Shown: positions 10,789 through 23,513 of the stretch, one piece after another
How positions within the stretch are numbered: the first letter of the stretch is position 1
Layout of the letters: each line of letters opens with the position of its first letter
Assembly: GCA_965645245.1 (NCBI GenBank)
Contig: OZ287084.1
Span: 1,116,001-1,180,000, forward strand
Length of the DNA stretch: 64,000 nucleotides
Origin: Massalongia carnosa
Taxonomy: Eukaryota
Direction: 5' to 3'
Translations under genes and position numbers: made by a program
Notes under the pieces: model-generated
Told to the model about the DNA's origin: nothing
Database searches by the model: none
Seen by the model: the letters and a program-made list of their open reading frames with translations, nothing else

Positions 10789-13700
10789 ATCAATTTCGAA
10801 AAAGTGTTTGACAATCGATAAAAGCTCGATTTACCAGGTTGCATTTCAAATTTCTCGTAATATTTGCCTTTCGACATGTATCGTTCTCATCGATTAGTCC
10901 ATGTGTTAAGCGCATTTTGATTAATTTGACTTTTCAAATAGTCGAATGTGATCGCCGAAGTCTCCGCTAGGATTTGACAGTGACCCGCTTTCGCCATTTT
11001 GTCTGCAATTTCGTTTTCGATAAGTTTCGAATGACTAGGTATCCATTGCAGAATTATCTGCTACTTGTTTTCGAATAAATATTTTGCAATCTTTCGAAAT
11101 TTCTTTGCGTAAATATGATTTGTCAAACGTTGAATTTCGTTTATCGCGTTTAAACTATCGGAAAAAATCCATATCGTTTTTTCTAAATTCGATAATATGT
11201 TCGCGTTAGTTAATATGTATGCCCATTTGACTGCTTGTAAAATCGCATGCAGTTCAGCATTTTTAATGCTTGACTATTTGCTTAATTTCCAGCTTCTGTA
11301 AATTGTATGATGTTTAATAAAGCAATCTTTTTCGATAAAGTGATCGAAATCATCGATAAAACTGTTTCATTTTCGCATAATTGGTGCAAATGTGACAGCA
11401 GAAGTTGAAAATTCGACTTCTGATCCGTCCGTTTAAAGTAATATTCGTGATATATCGGAATTCATCGATTGAAGTTTGGACAAAGTCGAATAATAACTCA
11501 ATTTTGCTGTTTCTTTTAACTTTTCGATTTGAAAGTCGATTTTACACGACGACTTCCATGGTTTTATAAAGTTAATTGATTGTTCGAATTCATCAGTTTT
11601 GTGAACTATTTCGAAAACGGAGTGCAGAACGCGAATAAGCTGACTAGGATGTCGTTTATTTGTTTGTTTTTCGTCTTCGTTCCATTCGGCATTTTGTTGT
11701 TCCATAAGCTAGTATCAAAACCGATGTTTTCGAATTTCATAGAATACGTGTTTGGAATTCTTTGACAAATGGGATTATTTTCGGCAATCTTCAACAATCG
11801 AATAGCATATTTTTGATTTTTCATCGATAATCGTAGTTCGACGAGTAAAATATGTGATTCAATTTCCATCGCCTAAACAGGTGTACTTTTGAATGTTCCT
11901 AAAATCTTTCGAATCATCCGATTTTGCAAATTCTGAAATAATTTTTCATATTTCTTTTGACCATTGTACCAAATTTCTGAACCATAATCCGAAATAGGAA
12001 CGATGCATGACAAATAAAGCTGTCTGCATGCAGTCGGTTTAAGACCCCATTCCGAGTTCATCAAATTTTGAATAGCAAAGAACGACCGTTTTGCAGATGA
12101 AATTCGAGTTTCGACGTGTTTTTTGTAATTCAGTTTTCGGTCTAGCCAGATTCCCAACCATTTGACTACGTTTTTCAGTTCTAGTATAGTTCCGTTTGGT
12201 AACTGCAGTGTGTCTTTCGATATATTTCTTCTCTTTTCGAAGTGAATCAGTTCGGATTTATCGTCATCAAATTTGACATTATTCGATGCGGCCCAATCAA
12301 ATGCTGTTTTAACTATAATTTCGATTTCTGTGCAATTCTGTTTTGCTGTTTTGTTTTCGACATATATTGCAATATCGTCAATAAAACTAGGAGAATGTGC
12401 ATTGAATTTCATTCGTACTTTCGGAAATAAGTGACGAATATAGATCGAAAATAATATAGGCGAAATAGGTGAGCCTTGTGGAATTCCTGATTCAACATAA
12501 TAGGGTTTGCTTTTATTTTCATCGAATATTAGATTGACCGATCGTTTTGTCATAAAACGTTTGACCAACTGAATAACTATGCGAGATAATTTCAAATTTT
12601 TCATGACATTTAACAGCTGATTAATCGACACAAAGTCAAAAGCGCCTTTGATGTCGAGTAATAAACATGATAAAATGTTCTTTTTTCGATTTGCTATTTC
12701 GATGTCATGGGGACGACGGTCATGACTGCGTCAATTGCAGAATGATTTTTGCGTCCGCCCATTTGTTCGATGTCTAATAAATTCGAATTTCCGCCGATAT
12801 AGGCAAGGCAATTTGCAACGATTTTCTCAGCAATTTTACCAAGACAATTTAGTAATGTTATAATTCTATATGAGTTTGGCAGCGAATAGTCCGATTTATT
12901 AGGTTTTTTTCAAAACTGCACCGAGTCCTGTTCGCCAGCATAACGGATGAAAACCGGTTTGTATGAATTTTGAATAAATCATAAAAAACCCGTTTTTCAA
13001 CGATTGAAACGGTTTTTGAACAATTGTGAAATTGACTGCATCAGGTCCACATGCTTTTTTCGGATTAAAAAAACTAATAGCTTTTTGCAACTCGTTTTCT
13101 GTCAAATCCGGCCAAATATCTTCATCTTCATTGTCTTGATTCGATAAATCTTCGACATTATCGTCTATAAATGTGTTTTTTGTATACATTGCTGCCACAA
13201 ATGCATCGCATTTGTCATCGAATTGAACATTTAACTTGTTTTCGTATTGAATCGGTGGTATTTTTTCGAATATGCGCGGTTTAGTGTACTTATACGCGGT
13301 AAATACGTCTTATTCGCTGCATTTTCTAGAAAAGTTAACCAAGTTTCTTGTTTTGCTTTTCGAATTGTATGAAAATATTCGATTCGACTATGTTTAAACG
13401 TTCTATATCTAAAATCGGATGGATAATTCTTCCATTCTCGTCGATGACTAGACATAATTTTTCGAAGTTCGGTTAAATCTTGCGACCACCAATTTTTCGA
13501 TTTTGCACATATTTTTGTCTTTGGAATAAACAATTCAGCTGCTTCTTTAATAATATCTTGCAAATAAATCGCTGATTCGTCGAATTGATGATTATTCAAT
13601 AAACTTTGAACTTGTGTTTCGTAGCTTATTGAATTTTCATCTAAAAACTTTGTGAACTTGTCCCAATCGGCTTTATTGCAATTGAATTTGTTAGATAATG

Positions 13701-14175
13701 CGGTTGCATATGTCGTTAAATTCTAAAAAGATGGGATTAATTCAAATCGAATGACTTCATGATCTGAACCTGTGACTGCGTTTTCATTGGTTGACCAATT
13801 TGTCATTGCATTTTCGATTTTAGTATTTGCAAAGGTTAAATCAATGACAGATGAAGAACTTCCCGAATGGGCATATAATGTGCATAAATCAGGCGTATTA
13901 ATCAAACTAAACTTGTTTAATTTTAACCATTTGACTAGATTTTCAGATCGAATTGCATAGTGAATTATCGAATTCCACCAGTTATGATGTGCATTGAAAT
14001 CTCCAAATATTACGAATCGATCAGTGAATGTAGGTTGATATTTGACTAAAATTCGGTCGATTGTATATGTTTCTCGATCCTTTTGACTTTTTTCATTGTA
14101 AATGTTGATAATATGCACTTTTCAAACTTTATCAATTGTAATCTGGATAATTTGCATATCGGTATCGTCAATAAG
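10789..14175 (-). pseudogene. Degenerate LINE ORF2 (subfamily E), endonuclease through RNase H
   Basis: Fragmented ORFs 13723-14118, 13231-13599, 12899-13198, 11873-12631, 11606-11869 and 11433-11705 are colinear with ORF2. Confidence 0.9.
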
Positions 14176-15483
14176 TATTTCAGATCCTACAAAATCGAAT
14201 GATTCGAAAGCTTTTAAGAACTTTCAAAACAACACCTATTCAGGCGATAGAAATTGAATCACATGATTTACCAGTTAACTTCGATTATTAATGAAAAATC
14301 AAAAATACTCAATTCAATTATTGAAGATTGCCGAAAATAACCCCATTTGTCATAGAATTCCAAAAACATATTCGATAAAATTCGAAAACATCGGTTTTGA
14401 CTCTAGTTTATGGAACAACAAAAATGCCGAATGGAACGAAGACGAAAAACAAACAAATAAACGACATCCTAGTCAGCTTATTCGCGATCTTCATTCCGTT
14501 TCCGACATAGTTCACAAAACTGATGAATTTGATCAATCAAATCATTTTATTAAACCTTGGAAATCGCCGTGAAAAATCGAATTTCAAATCGAAAATACAA
14601 AGGAATCAGCTAAATCAAGTTATTATTCGACCTTATCCAAAATTAAATCAATGAACTCCGATAAATCACGAGTTTTACTTTATACAGATGTATCAAAAAT
14701 CGAATTTGCAACGTCTGCATTCACATTTGCGCAAATTATGAGGAATTGGAGTAATATTATCAATAATTTTGATCGATTTATCGAAAAAGATTGTCTGATC
14801 AAGTATCATACGATTTCGAAAAGCTGGAAATTAAGCAAACATTCAAGCATTAAAAATACTGAACTGCATGCGATTTTACAAGCAATGAAATGGGTCTATA
14901 AATTTTCCAATACTAATATTTTATCGAACTTAGAAAAAACGATTTCGATTTTTTCTGATAGTATAAACGCGATAAACTAAATTCAGAACTTGAAAAATCA
15001 TATTTTCGCAAGACAAATTCGAAAGCTCGCAAAAACGCTTATTTGAAAGCAATTATCAGGTTATTTTGCAATGGGTCCCGAGTCATTCAAATATTACCGA
15101 AAACGAAATTGCAGACAAAATAGCAAAGACGGGCCATAATCAAATCCTAGTCGAGTCCTCGGCGATAACATTTAATTATGTAAAAGATCAAATAAATTAA
15201 AATATGCTAACCACATGGACGAATCAATGGCTACAATGCAAATCAAAAGGCAAATACTACGAGAAATTCGAAATGAAACCTGGCATATCGAGATTTTATT
15301 ATTTATCAAACAACTGTTCCAAGTTGATATTTGCTACTATTATGCTATTAAAATTCGGACACGGATATTTTCGATCATATTTACAGCGATTGAAAGATTA
15401 TAATTCGTCAAAATGCACAAATCGATGCAATCAACGACAAACGCCAGAAAACTTGTTATTGAATTGCATTCACTATTTCGATA
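14176..15483 (+). pseudogene. Degenerate LINE ORF2 3' part (subfamily D; RNase H and Cys/His region)
   Basis: ORF pieces 14291-14572, 14651-14980 and 15204-15521 are homologous to the ORF2 C-terminus. Confidence 0.88.
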
Positions 15484-16130
15484 AGAACTTTTTATACACT
15501 ATAACTTTAACAGTCAATTGAGCCTCTATTTCTCAGTCATTTGAGTTCCTCCAGAGCAAAAACGGTCTCAGATTGAGTGTAGGAGAGCTCTAGCAAAGCT
15601 CCAGCAGAGTTTTTCTGCTGGTCGCACACCGACGTGATAAAGCGCGCTCTAGAAGTTGGAAAAAATAACAAATACCAACAACCTCACCAAAAATCGCTCT
15701 TTTTTCTTGTCTTCTTCTGTTCTGTTATCGCATGACCTTCAATTATTACTATAAAAATTATCTACAAAAAATATCTACTCTCGCGGGACTGTACAACAAC
15801 TGTCGCGACGTCAAAGTCTTCTAAAGTTCATTCCTTTTTTAAGGTTACGGGAACTTCCGCTAGCACAAATTTTCATAGCATACTTCACGTATAATTTTTA
15901 CACATTCCATTTTCGGCTTTATCGATCTTCGTTGAACGACAGGTCAACAGATCACTGAAAAGAAGGGGAAAAACGTCTGGAATAGGATTATATCAAAGGT
16001 TCTGTTTCAGATTAATCAGAATAGGAAGTCTCCTATTGTCTTACATTGCATTAAAATCTATCTTTATTGAAAAAAGAAAAAAAAACTTTCATTATTTTCA
16101 CCTATTGTAGTGTCTGGTAAAGGGTTAAAT
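15484..16130 (+). mobile_element. LINE 5' UTR fragment (B/C type)
   Basis: Reverse complement of ~48196-48830. Confidence 0.8.
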
Positions 16131-16532
16131 TGTCAAGGACTGGGTTAGGGATTGAACTAATATTCCTAAGACTGGGATTGGGTGATCAAGATGTCTTTAT
16201 TAATGAAGCTATAGCTAGGGGATGGTTTGCTATACAAGACGTCGGACGAGGAGTTGTCACGATTCTACACGGCACGACCTCGGCACTCGGCACCGCCTAG
16301 GGCAATCGTAGATGGAACACGCAGGCGCTTTCGATTTCGTTCCCGCAGCTGCTAGAAGGTTTCATGACGACTATACCACATGGGTACTAGCGAAGTAGAG
16401 GATATATAGGGGCAGGTTCTGGTTGTCGATTGTCTTTTTCCTTCTTCATCTTTATTGTATTCGTTTCTAGTGTCCCTATGACTTGTCTCTAGGTAGATCA
16501 TAATATTACAATAAAGATCGTCTTCATCTATT

Positions 16533-16666
16533 ATCCTACGTGAGGGATGTAAAAGAACTCACCGAATCGAGGACTGAAGAAAGAACGACCCTTTCATTAG
16601 GCAAGTCGTACGAACCAGAGCCAGAACCACCAGAACCAGAAGGCCGCCACCCCTACAGCGTGGCAC

Positions 16667-16702
<36 letters not shown>

Positions 16703-17150
16703 GGCCGCCACCCCTACAGCGTGGCACCCAGAACCAGAACCAGAACCAGAAGGCCGCCACCCGTACAGCGTGGCACCCAGACCCAGAACCCGAACCAGAA
16801 GGCCGCCACCCCTACAGCGTGGCACCCAGACCCAGAACTCGAACCCAGAAGAACCATCCTCGGTGGCGGATGTAAAAGAAATCCACATCGGAACGACAAC
16901 GAGCGACCCTTGCACTAGGCCAGTCGTACGGACCAGAACCACCAGAACCTTCAGAACCACCCAGACCCAGAAGAACCATCCTCGGTGGCGGATGTAAAAG
17001 AACCCCACATCGGAACGACAACGAGCGACCCTTGCACTAGTTAGGCCAGTCGTACGAACCAGAACCAGAACCAGAACCAGAACCACCAGACACCAGACAC
17101 CAGAAACCAGACAGCAGGCACCAGACACCAGACACCAGACCCCAGACACC
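16533..17150 (+). repeat. Repeats inside element X: (CCAGAA)n and CCAGACA runs, 4x GGCCGCCACCCCTACAGCGTGGCACCCAG-like unit, 2-3x ~100-bp module
   Basis: Read directly from sequence. Confidence 0.85.
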
Positions 17151-17925
17151 AAAGTACTGACTGCACCGAAATTACCGGAAAATCGACGAAAGAGCTTGGA
17201 AAGACACGGGAAACCTTGGCAAAGAATCGGAAGCACTTCAGCTAATGAACCAGTTTCACCGCTGATTACTGACTGCCTGCACCGCTTGCACCGCCTAGTT
17301 CGCGCTCAGGTGATCGCGATTTAAAGCGAAGGGTAGTGTCACGATTCTACACGGCACGACCTCGGCACTCGGCACCGCCTAGGGCAATCGTAGATTGTCA
17401 CGAAATCAGGTCGAGGGCAAGGGCAAAGGCAAGGTGGGTTGATGGTCAAGCTTATTGATTGAGTCTATAGCTATGAATCTAGGCTAGGCTAGGTTGGCTA
17501 TTCAAGACGTTCGACAAAGAATCAGAACTTCCATTATTCGACTTCTTTCTTATATCTTTGTCCTCCCATATTCATCTCTCTAGGGTGGCGGCGAATGATG
17601 TCTAGTCAGTGCGATGATGAATGAGGGGCATTATAGCGGCAATAAGCACGATGGGGTCAGCGAGGAGACGGGAGATGTCAAACATCAATGCGAAGCTATT
17701 AGACATGATAATAGTCGAAAGACGGGAATAAATCATCAATGCGAGGCTGATTAATGATCAGTAATCGGCGAATTCGAAGAATGATATGAGGGTCCCGAAG
17801 GCATGGCACGACGTCCGTGAGTAGTCATCAGATCAAGGCACGCGATAGAGGCACGTGGTGAGGTCGGAGGCATTTCATGACAGTAGCTCCCCCTTCAAGG
17901 CAGAGCTCCTGCGATGCCATCTTAT

Positions 17926-20900
17926 CTATGCCTCGTGGCATTGGCAACGGGGAATTTGACAGGGGTTTAGATGAGGGCCGGCCGCATTGGGATAGGCTTG
18001 GTGGTATTCGTCTATGACTTGCTGACAATTGATGAGATAGTTGAAAGGCTCCCAGGTGGAAGGATGCCCTTCCCAATCCACTAGGTATTTCAGAAGCGGG
18101 GGTTGAAAACGTCGGTCGAGCTTGGAATTCAATACCCTATTGACATACCATTCTCGTTGGCCATCTTCGGCGATGACGGGGTCTCTAGGCTCCGGTCTCT
18201 GCCCGGGGAGGGGGTCATTGGCATCATGCTGCAACAGATTGACGTGAAAGACGGGATGGATTTTGACGGTATCGGGAAGCTCCAGCTGTACGATCAAGGG
18301 GTTGGAAAACACCTTGCTGACGCGGTAGGGGCCGATATTTCGGTCATCCAGCTTGACTGTGGGGCGAGCGGTTTGGATATTTCTGGTGCTTAGCCACACC
18401 ATATCGCCAACGAAATAGCGGGGGCAGGGACGTCGGTTAGCATTTGTAGTTGCTTCGTACGAAGCTTGGGCCATCAGCATTTCGTCTCGAAGATGAGTAT
18501 CGATATCCTGCATCTTATTCACGAACTGATTGGCTGCAACTAGGTTTGCTCTGCCCTGAGCGGTTAGGTCTTGCGGCAGGGGTTCCTCCGGTTCAAATCC
18601 CATGCGGGGATGTTGCCCGAAGTTGGCTAGGAAGGGGGAGGCCAGGATACTAGATGAATCGGTGTTATTGCTGGCGAATTCGGCGCCAGGAAGCCATTGT
18701 GCCCAGTCATCCTGCATGTAGTTGACATAAGCCCTTAGGTAGTGCTCCATGGTGGCGTTGGCTCGCTCGGTCTGCCCGTCGGTCTCCGGGTGGTATCCGG
18801 TGGATAGCTTGGCGTCGATTTTCAGCCTCTTGCACATGAGCTGCCAGAAATCGGAGACGAATTGGGGGCCACGATCAGAAACCATGGCTTCGGGAAGCCC
18901 ATGTAGTTTCCAGACATTCTGATAGAACGCATCGGCGGCGTCTTCAACTTCCATGGACGTGATAGGAATGAAATATCGCATCTTGGACAGGCGATCTATA
19001 ACCACCAAGATGTAGTGATAAGTGATTCCCATGAAGGTGCTGAGGGTCAGGGGGCCTACATAATCTATGGAAATATCCCGCCATCTGCGCTCGGGGGGGG
19101 GGAGTAGGCGTAGCCAGCCCTGATAGCGCTGGCGGGATGGTTTTGATCTTCTGCAAGTGTGGCAGTTTCGGATAAATCGCTTGATGGACTGATGCATGCT
19201 GGGCCACCAGTAGGATCGATTTACCAACTCATGGCATTTGGAACGGCCCGGATGTCCGCCGGCGACGCTATCGTGAGCGAGTTGAATGATACGAAGCCTC
19301 AGACGATCGGATCGAGGTACGTATTTCTTGTTTCGAAAATACAAGATACCGTCCCTATCTTCGCATTCGGCTAATTGGATTCGATTGTGATGCCTCTCGT
19401 TATTACGAAGAGCTTCCAGGACTTCGGGGGCGAATTGGTCTCGTGTCAGGGCTTGTTCCCAGAGGAGCTCCGTGGAGATATCCTCATCGGGATCGATGAT
19501 GTCCTCATCTAGCTGAGGTTCTGCTTCTTCGATATCTGCATCATCTAGGAAAGCTGGTGCCAGAAGAATAGATCGCAAATAACTTTTTGCGACTTCCCCA
19601 TCCAGGTTTTCGGTTTTCAAAATGGTTTGGTGTTGAAATTTCCTTCGCTCGTCCGTATCATCCCCTTCTTTAGGAAGATCTCCCGATCGACGAGTTAGAG
19701 CGTCCGGTTTTCCTCCGGCTTTTCCTGGTCGATAGACTATCTTGAAGTCAAATCGAGAGAGAAATTCGCTCCATCTAGCTTGGCGACGGCTGAGCTGCTT
19801 GGTGGAGGCAAAATATTCCAGGTTTTTGTGGTCGGATATGACGCTGATGGGGAAGGCAGATCCTTCTAGTTCGGGTCGCCATTCTTCAAAATATCGAACG
19901 ATTGCCATCAGTTCTTTGTCATAGATCTCGTAGTTGCACTCGGCGGGATTGTGCTTCTTTGAGAAGTAGGCGACGGGGTGAAGTATCCCATCATCGTCGT
20001 ATTGAGAAAGAATGCCCCCCGAAACATAGTCGGAGGCATCGGTTTCGACGATGATGGGACGATCGGGGTCGAAATGCCTGAGAATGACATCGGAGGTGAA
20101 AGCTTTTTTCAGCATTTCGAATGCCAATTGGCATTTGTCAGTCCACAGGAATTCCATCTCCTTCTTGGTCAGGTTGGTTAGGGGGCCAGCTATGTCGCTA
20201 AACCCATACACGAATCGTCTATAAAAGTTAGCAAAACCCAGAAAGCTTTGCACATCTTTCACATTGACGAGGTTTGGCCAATTGACGACGGTTTCCACCT
20301 TGGCCGGGTCCAATTTTATCCCTTCGGTGGTCACGATCATCCCTAGGTATGCAAGTTCGGTGACATGGAACTTGCACTTGGTGATGTCGGCTTGCAGGCC
20401 TGCATCTCGGAGTCGAGACAGGATTTTTTTGACGTGGACCTCGTGCTCCAGCTCATTGTCACTGTAGATGAGGATATCATCTAGGTACGCAGTGCAAAAG
20501 TCAGCAAGATACTCGTGAAGCGTATCGTTGATGAAGTACTGAAATGAGGCGGGCCCGTTGCATAGGCCGAAGGGTAGGACCAAGGACTCGAAAAGGCCGA
20601 AACGAGTGCGAAAAGCGGTGAGTTCTTCGTCTCCTTCTCGTATACGGAGCATATTGAAGGCGGCGATGATGTCTATCTTGGTGAATATCTTGGCTTTGAT
20701 TAATTGGTGCAGGGTCTCGGCGATCAAGGGCAGCGGATAGCGATCCCTAATCGTGATGGCATTCAGAGCACGATAATCCACGCAAAATCGAAGTCCCCCA
20801 CCTGGCTTTTTCACGAACATCACCGGGGAGGCGGCGTGGGAGCGACTAGCCCGAATAAATCCCTTGGCTAGATTTTCGTCGAGGTAGCGGCGGAGCTCCT

Positions 20901-22380
20901 CGATTTCGGTACGACTCATACCATACAGGGCCTGACTAGGGGCCTGCGTACCTTCTTTCAGGTTTATGGCATGATCGTAGGGACGGCGGGGGGGCAAGTC
21001 TTCGGATTTCTTCTTCGAGAAGACATCTAGGAATTCGTGGTATTGCTTGGGCAGAAGGGGGGCTGGGTCGACGTTCTTACTTTCTCGGTAAGCGTCTAAC
21101 TCTTCACGAGTCACGGCGGTGGCTAGGGTTAGGGCCTTATTCATCTTAAATAAGGCTAGGTGGATTTCTTTCTCGTGCGGGCTTGCTCGAGATGGCAATG
21201 GTTGGTAGGCTGGGCTGGGTTTTTTGGCTTTTTCGATCAAATCGGGGGCTGAACTAGGTGAGGCTTTCATTACTAGAGGTTCGGGGTTGGTTTTTCCTAG
21301 AAAGAGGTCAATTTCTTTCATGGACAGGGCGAAACTATCGTGGTTTTTCTTCCGAGTCAGTCGATTGAAGGAGATAGCTCCGATTTCGCAGACATTCATC
21401 TGCGGGGTGGTTTTGCGTGCTGCTTGATGAGCACGTCTTTGGGTGGATGTCCGCAATTTGGACGGGCTTCGGTATCGGATTTTCGGGGGGGGAAGCCCTT
21501 GCTGAATTGCATTTTCAATGCGACTGGGTTCATCGGTGGGGTTTTGAGGCTGGGGTTCGGGTTCATTGATTTCGGGGTTGATTAAGGTGAAATCGCGCGG
21601 CGCGGTTTTGAACAAAGGGATAGATTCCTCGATTTTGACGGGATTGTCAGGAATGGAATTTTTGATTGTGGGAATTTCTTCCCCCTCTTCTAGAGAAGTT
21701 ATCGACGTTCTGATAGACGTGTCTTGATTGATAACTTTTCCTAGGGCGTCTTCGAGGATCTCTTCATCACAGATTTTTCGACTCTCGGCTGGGGTGAGGA
21801 ATTCTTCCTCAACGGCTTGAAGCTTGACGGGGTGGGGGCAACAGTGAGTGAGGCAGTAGGGGGAGGCAAAGGTGAGCGTATTATGCCCAAAATCGGCTAT
21901 GGCGTTATGCCGGCGGAGCCATGGATGGCCCAGGATAATGGGATAATTTTTTAACCCGGTGACATATAGAAAGAGTTTTTCTACATGACCTTCTAGATCC
22001 ATGGTGATTTCGGCCACATGAGTGATATTGCCAGATAGAGCCCTTTGGCCGTCGAATCCTTCGAGCCGGCGGGGATATTTGAGAAGATGAAGGGGAATTT
22101 GGTTAGTATGCGCAAATTTCTCATCGATGAATGAAAAGCCAGATGCACTACAATCAATTAGATTATACGTTCTAATCCTAGATTTAGATAATCGCAAGAT
22201 ACCTGTCATCACCATGTGACTGTCTCTGAACGTCTTATCTGATTCAAACAGCTCCAAAGCGGAGGCTGCGGAAAATCGCGTATTGGATCTCAAAGAGGGG
22301 GAAAAACTGGCCATCAAACATGAGGAAATGAGAAGGGGGGGGAGTCCCTGCACGCGACGAAGTGCAGAGACTAGGCTTTT
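17926..22380 (-). CDS. pol: Gypsy-1 Pol (protease, RT, RNase H, integrase, chromodomain), -1 frame relative to gag
   Basis: [30 protein letters not shown] zinc finger, integrase core, C-terminal EWYVNRVLNS...YLVDWEG...TWEP. Confidence 0.93.
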   Translation of the reverse strand, partial: KSLVSALRRVQGLPPLLISSCLMASFSPSLRSNTRFSAASALELFESDKTFRDSHMVMTGILRLSKSRIRTYNLIDCSASGFSFIDEKFAHTNQIPLHLLKYPRRLEGFDGQRALSGNITHVAEITMDLEGHVEKLFLYVTGLKNYPIILGHPWLRRHNAIADFGHNTLTFASPYCLTHCCPHPVKLQAVEEEFLTPAESRKICDEEILEDALGKVINQDTSIRTSITSLEEGEEIPTIKNSIPDNPVKIEESIPLFKTAPRDFTLINPEINEPEPQPQNPTDEPSRIENAIQQGLPPPKIRYRSPSKLRTSTQRRAHQAARKTTPQMNVCEIGAISFNRLTRKKNHDSFALSMKEIDLFLGKTNPEPLVMKASPSSAPDLIEKAKKPSPAYQPLPSRASPHEKEIHLALFKMNKALTLATAVTREELDAYRESKNVDPAPLLPKQYHEFLDVFSKKKSEDLPPRRPYDHAINLKEGTQAPSQALYGMSRTEIEELRRYLDENLAKGFIRASRSHAASPVMFVKKPGGGLRFCVDYRALNAITIRDRYPLPLIAETLHQLIKAKIFTKIDIIAAFNMLRIREGDEELTAFRTRFGLFESLVLPFGLCNGPASFQYFINDTLHEYLADFCTAYLDDILIYSDNELEHEVHVKKILSRLRDAGLQADITKCKFHVTELAYLGMIVTTEGIKLDPAKVETVVNWPNLVNVKDVQSFLGFANFYRRFVYGFSDIAGPLTNLTKKEMEFLWTDKCQLAFEMLKKAFTSDVILRHFDPDRPIIVETDASDYVSGGILSQYDDDGILHPVAYFSKKHNPAECNYEIYDKELMAIVRYFEEWRPELEGSAFPISVISDHKNLEYFASTKQLSRRQARWSEFLSRFDFKIVYRPGKAGGKPDALTRRSGDLPKEGDDTDERRKFQHQTILKTENLDGEVAKSYLRSILLAPAFLDDADIEEAEPQLDEDIIDPDEDISTELLWEQALTRDQFAPEVLEALRNNERHHNRIQLAECEDRDGILYFRNKKYVPRSDRLRLRIIQLAHDSVAGGHPGRSKCHELVNRSYWWPSMHQSIKRFIRNCHTCRRSKPSRQRYQGWLRLLPPPERRWRDISIDYVGPLTLSTFMGITYHYILVVIDRLSKMRYFIPITSMEVEDAADAFYQNVWKLHGLPEAMVSDRGPQFVSDFWQLMCKRLKIDAKLSTGYHPETDGQTERANATMEHYLRAYVNYMQDDWAQWLPGAEFASNNTDSSSILASPFLANFGQHPRMGFEPEEPLPQDLTAQGRANLVAANQFVNKMQDIDTHLRDEMLMAQASYEATTNANRRPCPRYFVGDMVWLSTRNIQTARPTVKLDDRNIGPYRVSKVFSNPLIVQLELPDTVKIHPVFHVNLLQHDANDPLPGQRPEPRDPVIAEDGQREWYVNRVLNSKLDRRFQPPLLKYLVDWEGHPSTWEPFNYLINCQQVIDEYHQAYPNAAGPHLNPCQIPRCQCHEA

Positions 22381-23513
22381 CCCTGATCAATATCAGGGGC
22401 TTCGAGCTCCATGCTCCGAAGGTTGGTTCGCTTGTTGGGACAGTCAGTTGCTGACTTCCCTGGATGCTGCAATTTGCAGTAGAAACACAACTTCCAGTCT
22501 TCGCAGATTTTGCGGACCCCCTCGGTTTTGAGCGATTGGCCTTTCACCGCTGCCATGGCAGAGCTTAGGTCCATGGGGTCGCCAATAAGCAGCGCAGGGG
22601 AGGCGGGAGAAGCGACAGGTGCTTTGGCAGCGGGAGCGACTGTCGGGGGAAGTGCTGATAACGGGTTTGGCTTTTTCGGTGTCGGGGTGATAGTGGTGGT
22701 GTTCGCCTTTGGGGCAATGTGGCGGATCTGCCGAAGGCCACGATCTGTCTCCAACCACATGGTGACGTGCTCGTCGAAGGTGGTTGGTTGCCTTTGGGTT
22801 CCGGGGACCCTATACATTAGGGCTGCGGTCTGGGTTGAATAATTCACATTTGCCTTCATGGCATCGATCAGGCTGGCATCTTCCATCTTGGACCGGTCTT
22901 TTTTCTGCGCAAAAAGGTTGTAGTACTCCTCGAAGCTACTACTTCCCTGTTTGAGGATATCGCGAAGGTATTTGCGAGCATCCTCCTGCTCGTAGGGATT
23001 TCCGCATGCGCGGCGGAGGGCTGATCGCTATTCAGCAAATGAGGTGAGTACGCAAAGGCCATCGACCCTGTACGCATTCATTAGGTTATGAGCCTTTTTG
23101 CCTATGGTGAGTCGGCTTTCGGCATAGGCAATTTTGGCTTGATCGAACGGGTATCGATCATTGTTGACATGCATTCTTTGAATCAGGGACTGCTCCCACG
23201 CATCCAGCTTGACTTCTTCGCCCTCATACTCCGTGATGTCCGGGAGCTTTTCGGAGCGGATGAGGGAGTTTTTTGACGCCAGGAGCAGCTGCATCATGGC
23301 CATGATTTGCGGATCCAAGGTAGGGGGGGGTGGATTTGAGATAGGTATGGGCTCGGAAATAGAAGGGGTATTGGCATTGTTGCGAAGTTGGTTTACTTCG
23401 GCTTCTAGGTTGTCCATTTGACTCAGGAATTGCTGAGGGTCTGCCTGAAGACGTTCCTGAATGAATCGAATACGCTTATCCAGCTCGGAGAGGTTCTCTT
23501 CTGCTGAAGACAT
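22371..23513 (-). pseudogene. gag: Gypsy-1 Gag with one in-frame TAG at 23028-23030
   Basis: ORFs 23028-23513 and 22371-22886 share a frame; PMDL motif and CFYCKLQHPGKSATDC knuckle. Confidence 0.88.

Noticed and set aside
16540..17236. ORFs in element X (PEPE/RTRT-rich)
   Set aside because: Low-complexity translations of microsatellite-like repeats with no gag or pol motifs.
18103..22842. Numerous antisense or alternate-frame ORFs over Gypsy and LINE genes
   Set aside because: Shadow ORFs of established coding frames.
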